From: Eledone cirrhosa | Lineage: Eukaryota | Length of the DNA stretch: 64,000 nucleotides | Reading direction: 5' to 3' | Assembly (NCBI GenBank): GCA_964016885.1 | Contig: OZ024741.1 | Coordinates: 24,428,001 to 24,492,000, forward strand | Part shown: positions 26,101 through 39,970 of the stretch, piece after piece | Position numbering within the stretch: position 1 is the stretch's first letter | How the letters are laid out: the number at the start of each line of letters is the position of its first letter | Position numbers and translations under genes: made by a program | The notes under the pieces: generated by a model | What the model was told of the DNA's origin: nothing | The model's database searches: none | The model's input: the letters and a program-made list of their open reading frames with translations, nothing else

Positions 26101-29100
26101 TGTGCTGCAACCATGACCTAAACCTAATCCAGTACATATATAGTAAAAGACTGTGCTTCAGCTGTGACATAACCCTAATCCAGTACATATATAGTAAAAG
26201 ACTGTGCTTCAGCCATGACCTAACTCTAATCCAGTACATATATAGTAAAAGACTGTGCTTCAGCTGTCACCTAACCCTAATCCAGTACATATATAGTAAA
26301 AGACTGTGCTTCAGCTGTGACCTAACCCTAATCCAGTACATATATAGTAAAAGACTGTGCTTCAGCCATTACCTAACCCTAATCCAGTACATATATAGTA
26401 AAAGACTGTGCTTCAGCTGTCACCTAACTCTAATCCAGTACATATATAGTAAAAGACCGTGCTTCAGCTGTCACCTAACCTTAATCCAGTACATATATAG
26501 TAAAAGACCGTGCTTCAGCTGTCACCTAACCTTAATCCAGTACATATATAGTAAAAGACTGTGCTTCAGCTGTCACCTAACTCTAATCCAGTAAATATAT
26601 AGTAAAAGACCGTGCTTCAGCTGTCACCTAAACTTAATCCAGTACATATATAGTAAAAGACCATGCTTCAGATGTCACCTAACCTTAATCCAGTACATAT
26701 ATAGTAAAAGACCGTGCTTCAGCTGTCACCTAACCTTAATCCAGTACATATATAGTAAAAGACTGTGCTTCAGCTGTCACCTTACCCTAATCCAGTACAT
26801 ATATAGTAAAAGACTGTGCTTCAGCTGTCACCTAACCCCAATCCAGTACATATATAGTAAAAGACTGTGCTTCAGCTGTCACCTAACTCTAATCCAGTAC
26901 ATATATAGTAAAAGACTGTGCTTCAGCTGTCACCTAACTCTAATCCAGTACATATATAGTAAAAGACCCTGCCTCAGCCATGACCTAACCCTAATCCAGT
27001 ACATATATAGTAAAAGACTGTGCTGCAGCCATGACCTAACCCTAATCCAGTACATATATAGTAAAAGACTGTGCTTCAGCTGTCACCTAACCCTAATCCA
27101 GTACATATATAGTAAAAGACTGTGCTTCAGCTGTGACCTAACCCTAATCCAGTACATATATAGTAAAAGACTGTGCTTCAGCTGTGACCTAACCCTAATC
27201 CAGTACATATATAGTAAAAGACTGTGCTTCAGCTGTGACCTAACCCTAATCCAGTACATATATAGTAAAAGACTATGCTTCAGCTGTCACCTAACTCTAA
27301 TCCAGTATATATATAGTAAAAGACTGTGCTTCAGCTTTCACCTAACCCTAATCCAGTACATATATAGTAAAAGACTGTGCTTCAGCTGTCACCTAACCTT
27401 AATCCAGTACATATATAGTAAAAGACCGTGCTTCAGCTGTCACCTAACCTTAATCCAGTACATATATAGTAAAAGACCGTGCTTCAGCTGTCACCTAACC
27501 TTAATCCAGTACATATATAGTAAAAGACCGTGCTTCAGCTGTCACCTAAACTTAATTCAGTACATATATAGTAAAAGACCGTGCTTCAGCTGTCACCTAA
27601 CCTTAATCCAGTACATATATAGCAAAAGACTGTGCTTCAGCTGTCACCTAACATTAATCCAGTACTTATATAGTAAAAGACTGTGCTTCAGCTGTCACCT
27701 AACTCTAATCCAGTACATATATAGTAAAAGACTGTGCTTCAGCTGTCACCTAACTCTAATCCAGTACATATATAGTAAAAGACCGTGCTTCAGCTGTCAC
27801 CTAACCCTAATCCAGTACATATATAGTAAAAGACCGTGCTTCAGCTGTCACCTAACCCTAATCCAGTACATATATAGTAAAAGACCGTGCCTCAGCCATG
27901 ACCTAACACTAATCCAGTACATATATAGTAAAAGACTGTGCTTCAGCCATGACCTAACCCTAATCCAGTACATATATAGTAAAAGACTGTGCTTCAGCTG
28001 ACTCCTAACTCTAATCCAGTACATATATAGTAAAAGACTGTGCTTCAGCTGTCACCTAACTCTAATCCAGTACATATATAGTAAAAGACTGTGCTTCAGC
28101 TGTCACCTAACTCTAATCCAGTACATATATAGTAAAAGACCGTGCTTCAGCCATGACGTAACTTTAATCCAATCCATATATAGTAAAAGACTGTGCTTCA
28201 GCTGTCACCTAACCCTAATCCAGTACATATATAGTAAAAGACTGTGGTTCAGCCATGACCTAACCCTAATCCAGTACATATATAGTAAAAGACTGTGCTT
28301 CAGCTGTCACCTAACCCTAATCCAGTACATATATAGTAAAAGACTGTGCTTCAGCTGACTCCTAACCCTAATCCAGTACATATATAGTAAAAGACTGTGC
28401 TTCAGTTGTCACCTAACCCTAATCCAGTACATATATAGTAAAAGACTGTGCTTCAGCTGTCACCTAACTCTAATCCAGTACATATATAGTAAAAGACTGT
28501 GCTTCAGCTGTCACCTAACTCTAATCCAGTACATATATAGTAAAAGACCCTGCCTCAGCCATGACCTAACCCTAATCCAGTACATATATAGTAAAAGACT
28601 GTGCTGCAGCCATGACCTAACCCTAATCCAGTACATATATAGTAAAAGACTGTGCTTCAGCTGTGACCTAACCCTAATCCAGTACATATATAGTAAAAGA
28701 CTGTGCTTCAGCCACGACCTAACTCTAATCCAGTACATATATAGTAAAAGACTGTGCTTCAGCTGTCACCTAACCCTAATCCAGTACATATATAGTAAAA
28801 GACTGTGCTGCAACCATGACCTAAACCTAATCCAGTACATATATAGTAAAAGACTGTGCTTCAGCTGTGACATAACCCTAATCCAGTACATATATAGTAA
28901 AAGACTGTGCTTCAGCCATGACCTAACTCTAATCCAGTACATATATAGTAAAAGACTGTGCTTCAGCTGTCACCTAACCCTAATCCAGTACATATATAGT
29001 AAAAGACTGTGCTTCAGCTGTGACCTAACCCTAATCCAGTACATATATAGTAAAAGACTGTGCTTCAGCCATTACCTAACCCTAATCCAGTACATATATA

Positions 29101-32100
29101 GTAAAAGACTGTGCTTCAGCTGTCACCTAACTCTAATCCAGTACATATATAGTAAAAGACCGTGCTTCAGCTGTCACCTAACCTTAATCCAGTACATATA
29201 TAGTAAAAGACCGTGCTTCAGCTGTCACCTAACCTTAATCCAGTACATATATAGTAAAAGACTGTGCTTCAGCTGTCACCTAACTCTAATCCAGTAAATA
29301 TATAGTAAAAGACCGTGCTTCAGCTGTCACCTAAACTTAATCCAGTACATATATAGTAAAAGACCATGCTTCAGATGTCACCTAACCTTAATCCAGTACA
29401 TATATAGTAAAAGACCGTGCTTCAGCTGTCACCTAACCTTAATCCAGTACATATATAGTAAAAGACTGTGCTTCAGCTGTCACCTTACCCTAATCCAGTA
29501 CATATATAGTAAAAGACTGTGCTTCAGCTGTCACCTAACCCCAATCCAGTACATATATAGTAAAAGACTGTGCTTCAGCTGTCACCTAACTCTAATCCAG
29601 TACATATATAGTAAAAGACTGTGCTTCAGCTGTCACCTAACTCTAATCCAGTACATATATAGTAAAAGACCCTGCCTCAGCCATGACCTAACCCTAATCC
29701 AGTACATATATAGTAAAAGACTGTGCTGCAGCCATGACCTAACCCTAATCCAGTACATATATAGTAAAAGACTGTGCTTCAGCTGTGACCTAACCCTAAT
29801 CCAGTACATATATAGTAAAAGACTGTGCTTCAGCCACGACCTAACTCTAATCCAGTACATATATAGTAAAAGACTGTGCTTCAGCTGTCACCTAACCCTA
29901 ATCCAGTACATATATAGTAAAAGACTGTGCTGCAACCATGACCTAACCCTAATCCAGTACATATATAGTAAAAGACTGTGCTTCAGCTGTGACCTAACCC
30001 TAATCCAGTACATATATAGTAAAAGACTGTGCTTCAGCTGTGACCTAACCCTAATCCAGTACATATATAGTAAAAGACTGTGCTTCAGCTGTGACCTAAC
30101 CCTAATCCAGTACATATATAGTAAAAGACTATGCTTCAGCTGTCACCTAACTCTAATCCAGTATATATATAGTAAAAGACTGTGCTTCAGCTTTCACCTA
30201 ACCCTAATCCAGTACATATATAGTAAAAGACTGTGCTTCAGCTGTCACCTAACCTTAATCCAGTACATATATAGTAAAAGACCGTGCTTCAGCTGTCACC
30301 TAACCTTAATCCAGTACATATATAGTAAAAGACCGTGCTTCAGCTGTCACCTAACCTTAATCCAGTACATATATAGTAAAAGACCGTGCTTCAGCTGTCA
30401 CCTAAACTTAATTCAGTACATATATAGTAAAAGACCGTGCTTCAGCTGTCACCTAACCTTAATCCAGTACATATATAGCAAAAGACTGTGCTTCAGCTGT
30501 CACCTAACATTAATCCAGTACTTATATAGTAAAAGACTGTGCTTCAGCTGTCACCTAACTCTAATCCAGTACATATATAGTAAAAGACTGTGCTTCAGCT
30601 GTCACCTAACTCTAATCCAGTACATATATAGTAAAAGACCGTGCTTCAGCTGTCACCTAACCCTAATCCAGTACATATATAGTAAAAGACCGTGCTTCAG
30701 CTGTCACCTAACCCTAATCCAGTACATATATAGTAAAAGACCGTGCCTCAGCCATGACCTAACACTAATCCAGTACATATATAGTAAAAGACTGTGCTTC
30801 AGCCATGACCTAACCCTAATCCAGTACATATATAGTAAAAGACTGTGCTTCAGCTGACTCCTAACTCTAATCCAGTACATATATAGTAAAAGACTGTGCT
30901 TCAGCTGTCACCTAACTCTAATCCAGTACATATATAGTAAAAGACTGTGCTTCAGCTGTCACCTAACTCTAATCCAGTACATATATAGTAAAAGACCGTG
31001 CTTCAGCCATGACGTAACTTTAATCCAATCCATATATAGTAAAAGACTGTGCTTCAGCTGTCACCTAACCCTAATCCAGTACATATATAGTAAAAGACTG
31101 TGGTTCAGCCATGACCTAACCCTAATCCAGTACATATATAGTAAAAGACTGTGCTTCAGCTGTCACCTAACCCTAATCCAGTACATATATAGTAAAAGAC
31201 TGTGCTTCAGCTGACTCCTAACCCTAATCCAGTACATATATAGTAAAAGACTGTGCTTCAGTTGTCACCTAACCCTAATCCAGTACATATATAGTAAAAG
31301 ACTGTGCTTCAGCTGTCACCTAACTCTAATCCAGTACATATATAGTAAAAGACTGTGCTTCAGCTGTCACCTAACTCTAATCCAGTACATATATAGTAAA
31401 AGACCCTGCCTCAGCCATGACCTAACCCTAATCCAGTACATATATAGTAAAAGACTGTGCTGCAGCCATGACCTAACCCTAATCCAGTACATATATAGTA
31501 AAAGACTGTGCTTCAGCTGTGACCTAACCCTAATCCAGTACATATATAGTAAAAGACTGTGCTTCAGCCACGACCTAACTCTAATCCAGTACATATATAG
31601 TAAAAGACTGTGCTTCAGCTGTCACCTAACCCTAATCCAGTACATATATAGTAAAAGACTGTGCTGCAACCATGACCTAAACCTAATCCAGTACATATAT
31701 AGTAAAAGACTGTGCTTCAGCTGTGACATAACCCTAATCCAGTACATATATAGTAAAAGACTGTGCTTCAGCCATGACCTAACTCTAATCCAGTACATAT
31801 ATAGTAAAAGACTGTGCTTCAGCTGTCACCTAACCCTAATCCAGTACATATATAGTAAAAGACTGTGCTTCAGCTGTGACCTAACCCTAATCCAGTACAT
31901 ATATAGTAAAAGACTGTGCTTCAGCCATTACCTAACCCTAATCCAGTACATATATAGTAAAAGACTGTGCTTCAGCTGTCACCTAACTCTAATCCAGTAC
32001 ATATATAGTAAAAGACCGTGCTTCAGCTGTCACCTAACCTTAATCCAGTACATATATAGTAAAAGACCGTGCTTCAGCTGTCACCTAACCTTAATCCAGT

Positions 32101-33250
32101 ACATATATAGTAAAAGACTGTGCTTCAGCTGTCACCTAACTCTAATCCAGTAAATATATAGTAAAAGACCGTGCTTCAGCTGTCACCTAAACTTAATCCA
32201 GTACATATATAGTAAAAGACCATGCTTCAGATGTCACCTAACCTTAATCCAGTACATATATAGTAAAAGACCGTGCTTCAGCTGTCACCTAACCTTAATC
32301 CAGTACATATATAGTAAAAGACTGTGCTTCAGCTGTCACCTTACCCTAATCCAGTACATATATAGTAAAAGACTGTGCTTCAGCTGTCACCTAACCCCAA
32401 TCCAGTACATATATAGTAAAAGACTGTGCTTCAGCTGTCACCTAACTCTAATCCAGTACATATATAGTAAAAGACTGTGCTTCAGCTGTCACCTAACTCT
32501 AATCCAGTACATATATAGTAAAAGACTGTGCCTCAGCCATGACCTAACCCTAATCCAGTACATATATAGTAAAAGACTGTGCTGCAGCCATGACCTAACC
32601 CTAATCCAGTACATATATAGTAAAAGACTGTGCTTCAGCTGTGACCTAACCCTAATCCAGTACATATATAGTAAAAGACTGTGCTTCAGCCACGACCTAA
32701 CTCTAATCCAGTACATATATAGTAAAAGACTGTGCTTCAGCTGTCACCTAACCCTAATCCAGTACATATATAGTAAAAGACTGTGCTGCAACCATGACCT
32801 AACCCTAATCCAGTACATATATAGTAAAAGACTGTGCTTCAGCTGTGACATAACCCTAATCCAGTACATATATAGTAAAAGACTGTGCTTCAGCCATGAC
32901 CTAACTCTAATCCAGTACATATATAGTAAAAGACTGTGCTTCAGCTGTCACCTAACCCTAATCCAGTACATATATAGTAAAAGACTGTGCTTCAGCTGTG
33001 ACCTAACCCTAATCCAGTACATATATAGTAAAAGACTGTGCTTCAGCTGTGACCTAACCCTAATCCAGTACATATATAGTAAAAGACTGTGCTTCAGCTG
33101 TGACCTAACCCTAATCCAGTACATATATAGTAAAAGACTATGCTTCAGCTGTCACCTAACTCTAATCCAGTATATATATAGTAAAAGACTGTGCTTCAGC
33201 TTTCACCTAACCCTAATCCAGTACATATATAGTAAAAGACTGTGCTTCAG
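14160..33250 (+). repeat. Homogeneous tandem HOR domain: six consecutive copies with marker spacings of 59, 56, 53, 91 and 56 monomers
   Basis: Marker CATGACGTAACTTTAATCCAATCC at 14943, 17952, 20808, 23511, 28152 and 31008 (spacings 3009, 2856, 2703, 4641, 2856). Each copy also carries the AAACTTAATTCAG, TAGCAAAAG, ACATTAA..TACTT, TGACT, TGTGGTTC and CAGTTGTC markers in the same order. No indels were seen in this domain. Confidence 0.9.
23780..26660 (+). repeat. Tandem triplication of a 19-monomer (969 bp) unit
   Basis: Identical ORF-track entries at 23870, 24839 and 25808 (period 969 = 19x51). This accounts for the 91-mer HOR copy (53+19+19). Confidence 0.9.
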
Positions 33251-33459
33251 CTGTCACCTAACCCTAATCCTGTACATATATAGTAAAAGAGTCTGCTTCA
33301 GCTTTCACCTAACCCTTATCCAGTACATATATAGTAAAAGACCGTGCTTCATCCCTGACCTAACCCTAATCCAGTACATATATAGTAAAAGACCGTGTTT
33401 CAGCTGTGACCTAACCCTAATCCAGTACATATATAGTAAAAGACTGTGCTTCAGCCATG

Positions 33460-36250
33460 ACCTAACCCAAATCCAGTACATATATAGTAAAAGACTGTGC
33501 TTCAGCCATGACCTAACCCTAATCCAGTACATATATAGTAAAAGACCGTGCTTCAGACATGACCTAACCCTAATCCAGTACATATATAGTAAAAACTGTG
33601 CTTCAGCTGTCACCTAACCCTAATCCAGTACATATATAGTAAAAGACTGTGTTTCAGCTGTCACCTAACACTAATCCAGTACATATATAGTAAAAGACCG
33701 TGCTTCAGCTGTCACCTAACCTTAATCCAGTACATATATAGTAAAAGACCATGCTTCAGCTGTCACCTAACCTTAATCCAGTACATATATAGTAAAAGAC
33801 CGTGCTTCAGCTGTCACCTAACCTTAATCCAGTACATATATAGTAAAAGACTGTGCTTCAGCTGTCACCTAACCCTAATCCAGTACATATATAGTAAAAG
33901 ACTGTGCTTCAGCTCTCACCTAACCCCAATCCAGTACATATATAGTAAAAGACTGTGCTTCAGCTGTCACCTAACTCTAATCCAGTACATATATAGTAAA
34001 AGACTGTGCTTCAGCTGTCACCTAACTCTAATCCAGTACATATATAGTAAAAGACCGTGCCTCAGCCATGACCTAACCCTAATCCAGTACATATATACTA
34101 AAAGACTGTGCTGCAGCCATGACCTAACCCTAATCCAGTACATATATAGTAAAAGACTGTGCTTCAGCTGTGACCTAACCCTAATCCAGTACATATATAG
34201 TAAAAGACTGTGCTTCAGCCATGACCTAACTCTAATCCAGTACATATATAGTAAAAGACTGTGCTTCAGCTGTCACCTAACCCTAATCCAGTACATATAT
34301 AGTAAAAGACTGTGCTTCAGCTGTGACCTAACCCTAATCCAGTACATATATAGTAAAAGACTATGCTTCAGCTGTCACCTAACCCTAATCCAGTACATAT
34401 ATAGTAAAAGACTGTGCTTCAGCTGTCACCTAACCCTAATCCAGTACATATATAGTAAAAGACTATGCTTCAGCTGTCACCTAACTCTAATCCAGTATAT
34501 ATATAGTAAAAGACTGTGCTTCAGCTGTGACCTAACCCTAATCCAGTACATATATAGTAAAATACTGTGCTTCAGCTGTCACCTAACCCTAATCCAGTAC
34601 ATATATAGTAAAAGAGTCTGCTTCAGCTTTCACCTAACCCTTATCCAGTACATATATAGTAAAAGACCGTGCTTCATCCCCGACCTAACCCTAATCCAGT
34701 ACATATATAGTAAAAGACCGTGTTTCAGCTGTGACCTAACCCTAATCCAGTACATATATAGTAAAAGACTGTGCTTCAGCCATGACCTAACCCAAATCCA
34801 GTACATATATAGTAAAAGACTGTGCTTCAGCCATGACCTGACCCTAATCCAGTACATATATAGTAAAAGACTGTGTTTCAGCTGTCACCTAACCCTAATC
34901 CAGTACATATATAGTAAAAGACTGTGTTTCAGCTGTCACCTAACCCTAATCCAGTACATATATAGTAAAAGACCGTGCTTCAGCCATGACCTAACCCTAA
35001 TCCAGTACATATATAGTAAAAGACCGTGCTTCAGCCATGACGTAACTTTAATCCAATCCATATATAGTAAAAGACTGTGCCTCAGCTGTGACCTAACCCT
35101 AATCCAGTACATATATAGTAAAAGACCGTGCTTCAGCCATGACCTAACCCTAATCCAGTACATATATAGTAAAAGACTGTGCTTCAGCTGTCACCTAACT
35201 CTAATCCAGTACATATATAGTAAAAGACCGTGCCTCAGCTGTCACCTAACCCTAATCCAGTACATATATAGTAAAAGACTGTGCTTCAGCTGTCACCTAA
35301 CCCTAATCCAGTACATATATAGTAAAAGACTGTGCTTCAGCTGTCACCTAACCCTAATCCAGTACATATATAGTAAAAGGCTGTACTTCAGCCATGACCT
35401 AACCCTAATCCAGTACATATATAGTAAAAGACTGTGCTTCAGCTGTCACCTAACCCTAATCCAGTACATATATAGTAAAAGACTGTGCTTCAGCCATGAC
35501 CTAACCCTAATCCAGTACATATATAGTAAAAGACTGTGCTTCAGCTGTCACCTAACCCTAATCCAGTACATATATAGTAAAAGACTGTGCCTCAGCTGTC
35601 ACCTAACCCTAATCCAGTACATATATAGTAAAAGACTGTGCCTCAGCTGTCACCTAACCCTAATCCAGTACATATATAGTAAAAGACTGTGCTTCAGCTG
35701 TCACCTAACCCTAATCCAGTACATATATAGTAAAAGACTGTGCTTCAGCTGTCACCTAACCCTAATCCAGTACATATATAGTAAAAAGACCGTGCTCAGC
35801 TGTCACCTAACCCTAATCCAGTACATATATAGTAAAAGACTGTGCTTCAGCCATGACCTAACCCTAATCCAGTACATATATAGTAAAAGACTGTGCTTCA
35901 GCTGTCACCTAACCCTAATCCAGTACATATATAGTAAAAGACTGTGCCTCAGCTGTCACCTAACCTTAATCCAGTACATATATAGTAAAAGACTGTGCCT
36001 CAGCTGTCACCTAACTCTAATCCAGTACATATATAGTAAAAGACTGTGCTTCAGCTGTCACCTAACCCTAACCCAGTACATATATAGTAAAAGACTCTGC
36101 TTCAGCTGTCACCTAACCCTAATCCAGTACATATATAGTAAAAGACTCTGCTTCAGCCATGACCTAACCCTAATCAAGTACATATATAGTAAAAGACTGT
36201 GCCTCAGCTGTCACCTAACCCTAATCCAGTACATATATAGTAAAAGACTG
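33460..36250 (+). repeat. ~2.8 kb block with further copies at ~9490-12160 and ~61145-63940
   Basis: ORF pairs 34018/61703, 34630/62315, 34936/62621 and 35792/63477 differ by 27685. The same markers lie 51654 (= 1013x51-9) from the 10049-11823 set. Confidence 0.88.
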
Positions 36251-39200
36251 TGCTTCAGCTGTCACCTAACCCTAATCCAGTACATATATAGTAAAAGACT
36301 GTGCTTCAGCTGACTCCTAACCCTAATCCAGTACATATATAGTAAAAGACTGTGCTTCAGCTGACTCCTAACCCTAATCCAGTACATATATAGTAAAAGA
36401 CTGTGCTTCAGCTGTCACCTAACCCTAATCCAGTACATATATAGTAAAAGACTGTGTTTCAGCTGTCACCTAACCCTAATCCAGTACATATATAGTAAAA
36501 GACTGTGTTTCAGCTGTCACCTAACCCTTATCCAGTACATATATAGTAAAAGACTGTGCTTCAGCTGTCACCTAACCCTAATCCAGTACATATATAGTAA
36601 AAGACTGTGATTCAGCTGTCACCTAACGTTAATCCAGTACATATATAGTAAAAGACCGTGCCTCAGCCATGACCTAACCCTAATCTTGTACATATATAGT
36701 AAAAGACTGTGCTTCAGCTGTCACCTAACTCTAATCCAGTACATATATAGTAAAAGACCGTGCTTCGGCTGTCACCTAACCTTAATCCAGTACATATATA
36801 GTAAAAGACCGTGCTTCAGCTGTCACCTAACCTTAATCCAGTACATATATAGTAAAAGACTGTGCTTCAGCTGTCACCTAACTCTAATCCAGTACATATA
36901 TAGTAAAAGACCGTGCTTCAGCTGTCACCTAACCTTAATCCAGTACATATATAGTAAAAGACCATGCTTCAGCTGTCACCTAACCTTAATCCAGTACATA
37001 TATAGTAAAAGACCGTGCTTCAGCTGTCACCTAACCTTAATCCAGTACATATATAGTAAAAGACTGTGCTTCAGCTGTCACCTAACCCTAATCCAGTACA
37101 TATATAGTAAAAGACTGTGCTTCAGCTGTCACCTAACCCCAATCCAGTACATATATAGTAAAAGACTGTGCTTCAGCTGTCACCTAACTCTAATCCAGTA
37201 CATATATAGTAAAAGACTGTGCTTCAGCTGTCACATAACTCTAATCCAGTACATATATAGTAAAAGACCGTGCCTCAGCCATGACCTAACCCTAATCCAG
37301 TACATATATAGTAAAAGACTGTCCTTCAGCCATGACCTAACCCTAATCCAGTACATATATAGTAAAAGACTGTGCTTCAGCTGTGACCTAACCCTAATCC
37401 AGTACATATATAGTAAAAGACTGTGCTTCAGCCATGACCTAACTCTAATCCAGTACATATATAGTAAAAGACTGTGCTTCAGCTGTCACCTAACCCTAAT
37501 CCAGTACATATATAGTAAAAGACTGTGCTTCAGCTGTGACCTAACCCTAATCCAGTACATATATAGTAAAAGACTATGCTTCAGCTGTCACCTAACTCTA
37601 ATCCAGTATATATATAGTAAAAGACTGTGCTTCAGCTGTGACCTAACCCTAATCCAGTACATATATAGTAAAAGACTGTGCTTCAGCTGTCACCTAACCC
37701 TAATCCAGTACATATATAGTAAAAGAGTCTGCTTCAGCTTTCACCTAACCCTTATCCAGTACATATATAGTAAAAGACCGTGCTTCATCCCTGACCTAAC
37801 CCTAATCCAGTACATATATAGTAAAAGACCGTGTTTCAGCTCTGACCTAACCCTAATCCAGTACATATATAGTAAAAGACTGTGCTTCAGCCATGACCTA
37901 ACCCTAATCCAGTACATATATAGTAAAAGACCGTGCTTCAGACATGACCTAACCCTAATCCAGTACATATATAGTAAAGACTGTGTTTCAGCTGTCACCT
38001 AACCCTAATCTACTACATATATAGTAAAAGACTGTGTTTCAGCTGTCACCTAACCCTAATCCAGTACATATATAGTAAAAGACCGTGCTTCAGCCATGAC
38101 CTAACCCTAATCCAGTACATATATAGTAAAAGACCGTGCTTCAGCCATGACGTAACTTTAATCCAATCCATATATAGTAAAAGACTGTGCCTCAGCTGTG
38201 ACCTAACCCTAATCCAGTACATATATAGTAAAAGACCATGCTTCAGCCATGACCTAACCCTAATCCAGTACATATATAGTAAAAGACTGTGCTTCAGCTG
38301 TCACCTAACTCTAATCCAGTACATATATAGTAAAAGACCGTGCCTCAGCTGTCACCTAACTCTAATCCAGTACATATATAGTAAAAGACTGTGCTTCAGC
38401 TGTCACCTAACCCTAATCCAGTACATATATAGTAAAAGACTGTGCTTCAGCTGTGACCTAACCCTAATCCAGTACATATATGGTAAAAGGCTGTACTTCA
38501 GCCATGACCTAACCCTAATCCAGTACATATATAGTAAAAGACTGTGCTTCAGCTGTCACCTAACCCTAATCCAGTACATATATAGTAAAAGACTGTGCTT
38601 CAGCCATGACCTAACCCTAATCCAGTACATATATAGTAAAAGACTGTGCTTCAGCTGTCACCTAACCCTAATCCAGTACATATATAGTAAAAGACTTTGT
38701 TTCAGCTGTCACCTAACCCTAATCCAGTACATATATAGTAAAAGACTGTGCTTCAGCTGTCACCTAACGTTAATCCAGTACATATATAGTAAAAGACCGT
38801 GCCTCAGCCATGACCTAACCCTAATCCAGTACATATATAGTAAAAGACTGTGTTTCAGCTGTCACCTAACCCTAATCCAGTACATATATAGTAAAAGACT
38901 GTGTTTCAGCTGTCACCTAACCCTAATCCAGTACATATATAGTAAAAGACTGTGCTTCAGCTGTCACCTAACCCTAATCCAGTACATATATAGTAAAAGA
39001 CTGTGCTTCAGCTGTCACCTAACGTTAATCCAGTACATATATAGTAAAAGACCGTGCCTCAGCCATGACCTAACCCTAATCTAGTACATATATAGTAAAA
39101 GACTGTGCTTCAGCTGTCACCTAACTCTAATCCAGTACATATATAGTAAAAGACCGTGCTTCAGCTGTCACCTAACCTTAATCCAGTACATATATAGTAA

Positions 39201-39970
39201 AAGACCGTGCTTCAGCTGTCACCTAACCTTAATCCAGTACATATATAGTAAAAGACTGTGCTTCAGCTGTCACCTAACTCTAATCCATTACATATATAGT
39301 AAAAGACCGTGCTTCAGCTGTCACCTAACCTTAATCCAGTACATATATAGTAAAAGACCATGCTTCAGCTGTCACCTAACCTTAATCCAGTACATATATA
39401 GTAAAAGACCGTGCTTCAGCTGTCACCTAACCTTAATCCAGTACATATATAGTAAAAGACTGTGCTTCAGCTGTCACCTAACCCTAATCCAGTACATATA
39501 TAGTAAAAGACTGTGCTTCAGCTGTCACCTAACCCCAATCCAGTACATATATAGTAAAAGACTGTGCTTCAGCTGTCACCTAACTCTAATCCAGTACATA
39601 TATAGTAAAAGACTGTGCTTCAGCTGTCACATAACTCTAATCCAGTACATATATAGTAAAAGACCGTGCCTCAGCCATGACCTAACCCTAATCCAGTACA
39701 TATATAGTAAAAGACTGTGCTTCAGCCATGACCTAACCCTAATCCAGTACATATATAGTAAAAGACTGTGCTTCAGCTGTGACCTAACCCTAATCCAGTA
39801 CATATATAGTAAAAGACTGTGCTTCAGCCATGACCTAACTCTAATCCAGTACATATATAGTAAAAGACTGTGCTTCAGCTGTCACCTAACCCTAATCCAG
39901 TACATATATAGTAAAAGACTGTGCTTCAGCTGTGACCTAACCCTAATCCAGTACATATATAGTAAAAGAC
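34920..39970 (+). repeat. ~5.0 kb block duplicated at ~48739-53789 (offset 13,819 = 271x51-2)
   Basis: ORF pairs 34936/48755, 36686/50505, 37231/51050, 37741/51560, 38046/51865 and 39627/53446 all differ by 13819. The copies share rare variants TAATCTTGTA, CTTCGGCTG and CTGTCCTTC. Confidence 0.9.
37420..39408 (+). repeat. ~2.0 kb block duplicated at ~42570-44558 (offset 5,150 = 101x51-1)
   Basis: ORF pairs 37741/42891 and 38046/43196. The copies share TAATCTACTAC, TATGGTAAAAGGCTGTAC, GACTTTGTTTC and TAACGTTAA variants. Confidence 0.88.

Noticed and set aside
17170-30400. Apparent 10,200-bp (200-monomer) period
   Set aside because: It is the sum of three successive HOR spacings (56+53+91 monomers), not an independent repeat unit; the intervening copies differ in structure.
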